IMG/VR virus record: IMGVR_UViG_3300044715_001315
Location: 1-25,878 of that record
Origin: a virus
Taxonomy: Duplodnaviria; Caudoviricetes
Length of the DNA stretch: 25,878 nucleotides
Direction: 5' to 3' (one strand)
The translations under genes were made by a program, and so were the position numbers. Positions 1 through 5,458 of the stretch are shown here, one piece after another. The notes below the pieces were generated by a model. The model saw only the letters and a list, made by a program, of their open reading frames with translations, did not search any database and was not told where the DNA came from. How positions within the stretch are numbered: the stretch's first letter is position 1; every line of letters begins with the position of its first letter.

Positions 1-181
1 CTTCTATATCGTCTTGGCGTATATTCAGGGCATCTGCAATTTTATGAGCGTGATTTTCTATTGAGCGCTCACCGGCCTCGATCTTACTAACCAGCTCTTT
101 AGACACGCCTATTCGCTCAGCAAGCGCACCAGCGCTTTTGAAGCCAGCATTTTTTCTTAAAATTCTGAGGGGCGTGGGCAT
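1..181 (-). CDS. cI: CI-like XRE-family HTH repressor, N-terminal part (truncated by window edge; not in the ORF track)
   Basis: Manual minus-strand translation from ATG at 181 gives MPTPLRILRKNAGFKSAGALAERIGVSKELVSKIEAGERSIENHAHKIADALNI..., a typical XRE HTH (LAERIGVS...VSKIEAGER). Divergent from a cro-like gene. An in-frame alternative ATG exists at 217. Confidence 0.85.
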   Translation of the reverse strand, partial: MPTPLRILRKNAGFKSAGALAERIGVSKELVSKIEAGERSIENHAHKIADALNIRQDDIE

Positions 182-187
182 GCGCAA

Positions 188-217
188 ATCATACAAATAT
201 CGAGGATTATTAGTCAT
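188..217 (-). promoter_or_regulatory. Putative pRM-like promoter for a leaderless cI mRNA
   Basis: Minus-strand TATGAT (plus ATCATA 188-193) lies 6 nt before the ATG at 181. Weak -35 ATGACT with an 18-nt spacer. No SD in front of the ATG. Confidence 0.5.
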
Positions 218-267
218 GTACATGTATGTACATTTTTGCTTGCGCGCGCGTGTACATTAATGTACAT
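216..267. promoter_or_regulatory. Two operator-like sites between cI and cro
   Basis: ATGTACAT-GT-ATGTACAT (216-233) and GTGTACAT-TA-ATGTACAT (250-267). TGTACATTAATGTACA (251-266) is a perfect palindrome. The second site overlaps a candidate pR (TTGCGC 240-245, 17 nt, TACATA 263-268). Confidence 0.7.
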
Positions 268-284
268 AATCGGCGGAGGCATTT

Positions 285-500
285 ATGAACCCAATTCAGG
301 CATATCTTACAGGTAACGGAGTTCGCGTAGAGCAATACGCGGAGCTTGCCCGTTACAGCAAAGAGGCCATCTATAAGTTTATCGCGGGCGAACGTAAACC
401 GCGTCGCCACCGATTGAAGTCGCTCAGTGATGCATCGGGCGGCGCAATTACCGTCGAGTCTTTGGAAGCAGCTTACTATCCGCAGGCCACCCATGACTAG
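285..500 (+). CDS. cro: Cro-like HTH regulator
   Basis: 71 aa with an HTH pattern (YAELARYSKEAIYKFIAGERKP) and a Cro/YdaS-like tail (SGGAIT). SD GGAGG upstream. Divergent from cI. Confidence 0.8.
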   Translation: MNPIQAYLTGNGVRVEQYAELARYSKEAIYKFIAGERKPRRHRLKSLSDASGGAITVESLEAAYYPQATHD

Positions 501-711
501 TGCATATCGCATCGCGCTATCCAAGGTTCTGTGCTTGGCTTCCATGCTGTGCGCATTGGTCGGAGTCTTTTGGGCGCGAATCGATAACGGCGCACAAAGC
601 GGTTTCGTATCGCCAGCAGTGAGGCTGGCGTTGCCGGGGAATAATACGGGGACATTCAGTCATCCTTCTTCAAGTGATGACGCGCGGCGCGGTGAATATG
701 CGAATCGTTAA
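493..711 (+). CDS. Possible small hypothetical protein with hydrophobic N-terminus, in the CII position
   Basis: ATG at 493 overlaps the end of cro. No recognisable motif, and the region is hairpin-rich, so it may be non-coding. Confidence 0.3.
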   Translation: MTSAYRIALSKVLCLASMLCALVGVFWARIDNGAQSGFVSPAVRLALPGNNTGTFSHPSSSDDARRGEYANR

Positions 712-847
712 GAGAAGTAAATAAGAAAAGCGCCGGCAACAGGCGCTTAGGTGGCGGCAAGCAATCGCTATCCGGGCCGGGGAGGGGAAACGACGCGCAC
801 CTTTCCCCGGCTTTGCAAACCTCGCTGCGTCGAAATGGAAGTGGATC

Positions 848-1123
848 ATGGTACAAACCGGGGGCGTGGAAGCGCCAAAGCTAAAATCTTACATAGAGCG
901 CATCGAGCGTATGGAAGAAGAAAAGGCGGCCATTGCCGCTGATGTGCGCGATGTGTTCGCGGAGGCCAAGAGCAATGGTTTTGATACGAAGGCCATGCGC
1001 CAGGTGCTGAAGCTGCGCAAGATCAAAACCAATGAGCGCACCGAGCAAGAATACCTGCTCGACCTCTACAAGCGCGCGCTGGGCATGGATAGCGGCTTCG
1101 ATGATGCGGAGGAGGCTGCGTAA
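848..1123 (+). CDS. gapR: GapR/DUF2312 (UPF0335) nucleoid-associated protein
   Basis: Signature LKSYIERIERMEEEKAAIAADVRDVFAEAKSNGFDTKAMRQVLKLRK...LLDLYKRALGM. Confidence 0.93.
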   Translation: MVQTGGVEAPKLKSYIERIERMEEEKAAIAADVRDVFAEAKSNGFDTKAMRQVLKLRKIKTNERTEQEYLLDLYKRALGMDSGFDDAEEAA

Positions 1124-1161
1124 CGAATATGGGGGGCGCTGCTTGGTGATGCCAACGCGTC

Positions 1162-1266
1162 CGTGGGGTAGCACAATTGGTTAGTGCAACTCGGTGGTCA
1201 TTCCACCCCGGCGCCTCATCAGCCCCGGTAGTTTAGGAGATAGCGGTTCGAGTCCGTATCCCCACT
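1162..1266 (+). ncRNA. tRNA-like element with a branched, enlarged anticodon region (non-canonical or pseudo-tRNA)
   Basis: Acceptor GTGGGG/CCCCAC, then TA, D arm GCAC-AATTGGTTA-GTGC and T loop GG-TTCGAGT-CC. About 50 nt with two hairpins replace the anticodon and variable arms. No encoded CCA. Confidence 0.6.
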
Positions 1267-1377
1267 TCGCCCGCCAAAATCCCGGCCCGATATTCAGGGC
1301 AGTAAGGCAAGCTAACGCAGCTTGGGATGCAAGCGTGACAGCCGGAAAGACGGCATCTTTTAACAATAGGAGATCAT

Positions 1378-1716
1378 ATGAACAAACCCGAACTGATTGA
1401 CGATGGCCAGCTGGCCAGCAAGCTTGAAAACTGCCCCGCTGAGCGCGTGACTAAAAAGGGCATCGAATCCCGTATCGTATCGACCGAGTTTCACCGCATT
1501 GGCGGCGGCACTGTTACCATCGCCAGCATAGCGCTCGACAATGGTTTTTCGGTGCGTGGCGAGTCCGCATGCGTAAACCCCGAGAATTACGATCAGCAGA
1601 TTGGTGAGCGTATTGCTTACGATAATGCTTTTGCCAAGCTGTGGCCTTTGTTCGGCTTTGCGCTTGCTGAGCGTAATTTCCAGAACGGCGGACCAGTCAA
1701 AGCCGAAGCAGCGTAA
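1378..1716 (+). CDS. Phage Gp49/Gp66-family protein (N4 gp49 / Sf6 gp66-like)
   Basis: Motif LDNGFSVRGESACVNPENYDQQIGERIAYDNAFAKLWPLFGF. SD AGGAG. Confidence 0.85.
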   Translation: MNKPELIDDGQLASKLENCPAERVTKKGIESRIVSTEFHRIGGGTVTIASIALDNGFSVRGESACVNPENYDQQIGERIAYDNAFAKLWPLFGFALAERNFQNGGPVKAEAA

Positions 1717-1830
1717 TCCCGACTGAGGGAAGATACCCGGCGCGCACCGCGGAAGGAGGCGCGTACATTCACCGGGCAGGGCGTGAATGCCTTACTCCTT
1801 CCGCATAAACCGCCCATTAAAGAGGCAACA

Positions 1831-2181
1831 TTGGCTACCACGCACACGTCACATATTCTCGATTGGCAACCAGCTCCGCTGAATAAGCTGCTGGGCCATT
1901 GGAGCAAGTCTGCGAAGCTCAAGAAGCTGGATCGCGGCGTTATCGCTTATTATTTCGCGGATACCCCGAAAGCGCAGGGCAAGCGCCGCATCACCTTGGA
2001 AATCATACTGGGTAAGGGGCAGCGCGGCTGCGACCCCGATGCCTATTGGAAATCGCTCTGCGATGCGCTGGTGCATGCAGGCATGCTGAAAGATGACTCG
2101 GCCAAATGGGTTGAGCTGGCGCCGGTGGTGTTTAGCCGCGGCACGATGGGTAGCAAAATCACATTGGAGGATATGGCATGA
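1831..2181 (+). CDS. RusA-like Holliday junction resolvase/endonuclease
   Basis: DPDAYWKSLCDALVHAGMLKDDS resembles the RusA DxDNxxKxxxDAL...DD motif. TTG start at 1831 has SD GAGG; the track's GTG at 1783 lies inside an RNA hairpin. Confidence 0.7.
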   Translation: MATTHTSHILDWQPAPLNKLLGHWSKSAKLKKLDRGVIAYYFADTPKAQGKRRITLEIILGKGQRGCDPDAYWKSLCDALVHAGMLKDDSAKWVELAPVVFSRGTMGSKITLEDMA

Positions 2182-2309
2182 GCGTGGTCGATAAAATCAT
2201 GGAGGCATTCAGCAACCAGCTTCTTTACCCATCGGAAGAGCGTAAGCAGCGCATCCGTGAGCAGGTGGAAGCCATCATGAAGGAAGAACGCGAGGCTTCC
2301 CATGGTTAA
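2178..2309 (+). CDS. Small hypothetical protein (43 aa; not in the ORF track)
   Basis: MSVVDKIMEAFSNQLLYPSEERKQRIREQVEAIMKEEREASHG. ATGA overlap with the upstream stop, SD GGAGG, and it fills the gap to the next gene. Confidence 0.7.
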   Translation: MSVVDKIMEAFSNQLLYPSEERKQRIREQVEAIMKEEREASHG

Positions 2310-2598
2310 TCGTGCAACCCCCGAAGAGCGTGAGTGGCTTGCGCGCGCCCGCGAGCTAGGTTGCATGATTGCCAATGAGGATTGTGGCGGAGAAGTGCAT
2401 ATCCAACATATCACCGATGGTGGTCGCCGTGTTGGGCATATGCATTCATATCCGCTTTGCAAATTCCATCACCATTGGGATTCGCCGCTGCCTATTGGCG
2501 ATGCGTTTCACAAGGGCAGCAAGGCGTGGAAGGCCAAGCATGGCGATCATGACGTGCATTTGGAAAAGGCGCGTGCTCTTTGGGAGCAGTATGTATGA
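2302..2598 (+). CDS. Ref-like (recombination enhancement) HNH/Zn nuclease
   Basis: GCMIA..CGG.VHIQHI..G.R.GHM..YPLCKFHH...FH.G.KAW...G pattern of P1 Ref-like nucleases. Confidence 0.65.
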   Translation: MVNRATPEEREWLARARELGCMIANEDCGGEVHIQHITDGGRRVGHMHSYPLCKFHHHWDSPLPIGDAFHKGSKAWKAKHGDHDVHLEKARALWEQYV

Positions 2599-3041
2599 GC
2601 CGCTATTATTACACCGACCCGCTGGCCGCTGCATGGATGGCCAAACATTTTGGAATGAAGCTGGAAGCTGAGTATTTCGACGATGAAAAAGCTGAATATG
2701 AGCTTTCCGACGATGTGTTTGACTTCGTGCACATGGATTACTCGGGCTGCGATACCATGGAGGATGTGCTGGAAGTTGGTGGCACTCGGAAAATCTACAT
2801 CCACCCCGACAGCCTGCCCATGCTTGAACCGGCTAAGGGCGACCTGATACATATTGTTAGGGGGTTCTGTAGTTGCCACAAGGTGGTGGATGATGTGGCG
2901 CGAGGATCGCGTCGCAAAGGAGTTACCGGCGTTTGGTCTGCCGGTGAACATTGGGATATTACTTCCAAAGAGCCGCTGCATGATTGGGAAATCATCCTGC
3001 GCAACGGTATCGCCTTCCACTGGCCGGAGGTGGAAGCATGA
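2595..3041 (+). CDS. Hypothetical phage protein
   Basis: ATGA coupling at both ends. Acidic N-terminal half. No family recognised. Confidence 0.7.
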   Translation: MSRYYYTDPLAAAWMAKHFGMKLEAEYFDDEKAEYELSDDVFDFVHMDYSGCDTMEDVLEVGGTRKIYIHPDSLPMLEPAKGDLIHIVRGFCSCHKVVDDVARGSRRKGVTGVWSAGEHWDITSKEPLHDWEIILRNGIAFHWPEVEA

Positions 3042-3283
3042 GCGAGGCGACTTACGCATTTTTGAATATTCAAAACATACGCTATGAGCCTGCGGGAGCA
3101 TTAATTTTTGCCGACACAGACAAGGGAACCATGCGGCTATGCGATATGCGTGGCTGGGGCCATTTAGTTGGTGGCGGCGCATGGAATCTCGATTTTAAGG
3201 AGGCAGAAGCCATACAGGATTCATTAGGTGAGGCATTGGCGCAGGCATTGAGCAATCATCTTGCCAAGGGTGGCCAGCAATGA
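3038..3283 (+). CDS. Hypothetical phage protein
   Basis: ATGA coupling, SD GGAGGTG, motif LCDMRGWGHLVGGGA. Confidence 0.7.
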   Translation: MSEATYAFLNIQNIRYEPAGALIFADTDKGTMRLCDMRGWGHLVGGGAWNLDFKEAEAIQDSLGEALAQALSNHLAKGGQQ

Positions 3284-4038
3284 GCAACCAGTGGTTCCGT
3301 TTTTATAGCGAAGTGCTCAACGATCCGAAGGTGCAATCGCTCGACGGCGACACTTTCAAGGTATGGGTTAATTTGTTGTGCGTGACGTCACAGTGTGACG
3401 GTCACATAAATTTCGATGACATTTCTTTCCATCTTCGCATGGGTGATGCGGAGGCATTGGCCTACTGCGTAAAGCTTGCTGATAAGGGGCTTTTGATACC
3501 AACCGAGCAAGGCTATACCCCCAAGGGGTGGGATAATAGGCAATATAAAACAGATACTTCCGCGGAGCGCACCCGAAAGTACCGAGAGAAGAAAAAGCTT
3601 GAGAACTGTGACGTCACCGTGACGTCACCCGTGACGGCCCCAGAACAGATACAGAACAGAATAGAAGATTCACTACGTTCATCTTCTCCCCCTGCTGTCC
3701 CCAAAGCGGCAGCAAAACAAAAATCCAACCTGAGTAGGCTGTCCATTGAGGTGCTGCCGTCCGAATGGGACGAATGGGCGCACGCCGCCATGGGTTGGGA
3801 TGTGAGCGTCACCGCCGATGTGTGGGTGGCGTTCCGCGACTACTGGCAGGCAAAGACTGGAAAATCCGCAACCAAGTCGGACTGGTTCGCCACATGGCGC
3901 AACTGGTGCCGCAACGAACGACCGAAGGGCAACGGCCATGACCAACGCATTAGCAATCGAAACCAGCGGCCCCATGATGTCATGGGATCAGCGTGGGCAA
4001 GCGCAGCTGCAGAACTTGCTCGACCAGGAGGGAATTAA
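3280..4038 (+). CDS. Phage replication initiator (replisome-organiser-like N-terminus, DnaT-like C-terminus)
   Basis: N-terminal WFRFYSEVLNDPKVQ, central SAERTRKYREKKK followed by an iteron-coded linker, C-terminal FRDYW.AK.GK.ATK.DWFATWRNWCR. Confidence 0.85.
   Translation: MSNQWFRFYSEVLNDPKVQSLDGDTFKVWVNLLCVTSQCDGHINFDDISFHLRMGDAEALAYCVKLADKGLLIPTEQGYTPKGWDNRQYKTDTSAERTRKYREKKKLENCDVTVTSPVTAPEQIQNRIEDSLRSSSPPAVPKAAAKQKSNLSRLSIEVLPSEWDEWAHAAMGWDVSVTADVWVAFRDYWQAKTGKSATKSDWFATWRNWCRNERPKGNGHDQRISNRNQRPHDVMGSAWASAAAELARPGGN
3608..3668. repeat. Replication-origin iterons inside the initiator gene
   Basis: Palindrome GTGACGTCAC at 3608-3617 and 3619-3628, half site GTGACG at 3631-3636, then the purine-rich tract CAGAACAGATACAGAACAGAATAGAAGA. 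More copies at 3382-3405. Confidence 0.7.
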
Positions 4039-4438
4039 CTGGACGGGCGCGGCATGGGACAAGGGGGCGGCTGTTGTCCCCCTGGCTGATGGCAATCCGC
4101 TACGGGCAGTGGCGCTGCGTGAAGTGGCCACCATCGAGCAGCAGCTGCAGCACGCGTCCACAAGCGAAACCGTTGCCGTGATGCTTTACCGGCTACAGGG
4201 CCATTACTGGCAGCAAGGCATGACGGAAGCGTTAGCCCGCGAGGTGGCCCGCGATTACCTGCGCTTGTTGACGGGATTCCCGGACAGCATCTGGCGCGCG
4301 GCGTGCGACCAGTGTCTGCTTGACTCCGACCGCAAGTTTTTCCCGAAAGTGGGAGAAATGAAGGCGCTGCTTGAAAGCCGATTGGCCGCGCAGCGATGGC
4401 GGCTGCGCAAACTGAAAGCCCTCACGGGTACAAAATAA
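3938..4438 (+). CDS. Putative helicase loader / replication protein P analogue
   Basis: Follows the initiator. Motif L.GFP...WRAACDQCL....KFFPKVGEM is typical of phage loader-like proteins. Confidence 0.6.
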   Translation: MTNALAIETSGPMMSWDQRGQAQLQNLLDQEGINWTGAAWDKGAAVVPLADGNPLRAVALREVATIEQQLQHASTSETVAVMLYRLQGHYWQQGMTEALAREVARDYLRLLTGFPDSIWRAACDQCLLDSDRKFFPKVGEMKALLESRLAAQRWRLRKLKALTGTK

Positions 4439-4504
4439 TAGATCGCAAAAGCGACACGGTTCAATCGGTAGGCAAGGGGGTAACGAAACACAAGGGGAAT
4501 GCAA

Positions 4505-5038
4505 ATGAGCCAAATTGAATTGGTGGACGATGGTGATGAGCGGGAGCATTTGAAGCGCGGTGAGCCGATTTTAAATGCGGAGAGAATGAAAAAGAACGGC
4601 ATGACATACCGCGAGTCTGAACGTGGAGGGGTTGAGCTGCATTACGATGGCGGCAAATATCCGGTGGATATTTTGTTAGAGCGCGATGTGATTACGGGCG
4701 ACCAGCATCGGGCGGCCATGCAAGTTATTCATGCGCGCTTGGGCATCGCAAAGGGATTGGGCGTGGAGAAGTTCACTGCACGCATGGTTTCCGTTCATGA
4801 AGAAACGCCGGTGGCGATCATGGCGCCGGGCAAGTTTCTTGAGGCAGCTTTTTCCAACCTGAACCCATGGCAGCGTAATCTGGTGGATTTAATCACTGCG
4901 TTGCCACGTGGTGACAATGATCGCCACCGCACTTTGGTTGCAAAGGATAGCGCCTGGCTGAGCCATTGTTGCAACAGCGTTCGCTCCGCATTGGACGTGA
5001 TGAAAAAAAACATTGACGCAGTTCTCGGTTATTCGTAA
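4505..5038 (+). CDS. Putative late-gene regulator (Q-position antiterminator)
   Basis: Last early gene before a promoter-terminator pair and the terminase genes. Helical C-terminus. Call is positional; alternative start at 4499. Confidence 0.55.
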   Translation: MSQIELVDDGDEREHLKRGEPILNAERMKKNGMTYRESERGGVELHYDGGKYPVDILLERDVITGDQHRAAMQVIHARLGIAKGLGVEKFTARMVSVHEETPVAIMAPGKFLEAAFSNLNPWQRNLVDLITALPRGDNDRHRTLVAKDSAWLSHCCNSVRSALDVMKKNIDAVLGYS

Positions 5039-5041
5039 AAA
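5013..5041 (+). promoter_or_regulatory. Putative late promoter (pR'-like)
   Basis: TTGACG (5013-5018), 17 nt, TAAAAA (5036-5041). A -10 lacking the final T is common in alphaproteobacterial sigma70 promoters. Confidence 0.6.
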
Positions 5042-5080
5042 GAACGTACGACACGGCGCTATAGCTGCGCCTGCTGTTCG

Positions 5081-5119
5081 AAAAAGCCCCGCCATAAAAA
5101 GCGGGGCTTTTTTGTTTTT
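5081..5119 (+). terminator. Intrinsic terminator (tR'-like, potentially bidirectional)
   Basis: AAAAAGCCCCGC-CATAAAAA-GCGGGGCTTTTTTGTTTTT. Confidence 0.9.
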
Positions 5120-5186
5120 GCTCCCGGAAGGTGAGCCTAAGTCCTCATCAGAGGCCGCCCGGACTGGCCACCGGGCGTAGAAATAT

Positions 5187-5275
5187 CGCGGTATAGCTCA
5201 GCCTGGTAGAGCGCCTTCATGGGCTTACGCACCTCATGGAGGAGGACGCAGGTTCAAATCCTGACGCCGCAACCA
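5187..5275 (+). tRNA. Initiator-tRNA-like element with a 12-nt-expanded anticodon arm (non-canonical or pseudo)
   Basis: CGCGGTA-TA-GCTC AGCCTGGTA GAGC-G-CCTTC[19 nt]GGAGG-AGGAC-GCAGG TTCAAAT CCTGA-CGCCGCA-A-CCA. C1:A72 mismatch and a 3' end resembling tRNA-fMet. CCA is encoded. Confidence 0.75.
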
Positions 5276-5458
5276 ATCTACAGCCGCTAGCTCCTGTGAG
5301 TAGCCCGGGGAGGCGACTTACACCTTCGTGAAAACCCAAGAAGCCCTCGGGGCGGCACTGGAATAGATCCATACGGAAAGGGCCTCGACCTCCTCACCAT
5401 ACCTACCACCCGAATAAACCAGCGGTTAGGCCGCTACCACATGACCCAAGGGGGAATG

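Noticed and set aside
500-770. CII-like activator or nut site after cro
   Set aside because: The ORF has no HTH. Hairpins such as GCCAGC-AGTGAG-GCTGGC and AAGCGCC..GGCGCTT have no adjacent boxA or U tract, so no call was made.
1214-1222. CCTCATC loop as an antisense seed against GATGAGG at 15572-15578 (chaperone RBS) or near 13417
   Set aside because: A 7-10-nt match including wobble is expected by chance in 26 kb.
5111-5180. Possible hammerhead ribozyme (minus-strand CTGATGA here and at 1216-1222)
   Set aside because: I could not place a stem II followed by GAAA or a matching cleavage triplet.
5187-5275. Reading the element as a functional tRNA-Met(CAT) or tRNA-Val(TAC), or as an attachment site
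   Set aside because: Neither triplet sits in a 7-nt loop on a 5-bp stem. There is no integrase or duplicated tRNA 3' end in the window, and it lies mid-genome.
5276-5360. HDV-like/theta ribozyme after the tRNA-like 3' end
   Set aside because: I could not build the nested P1/P1.1/P2/P3 double pseudoknot by eye. Kept only as generic structure pending a covariance-model search.
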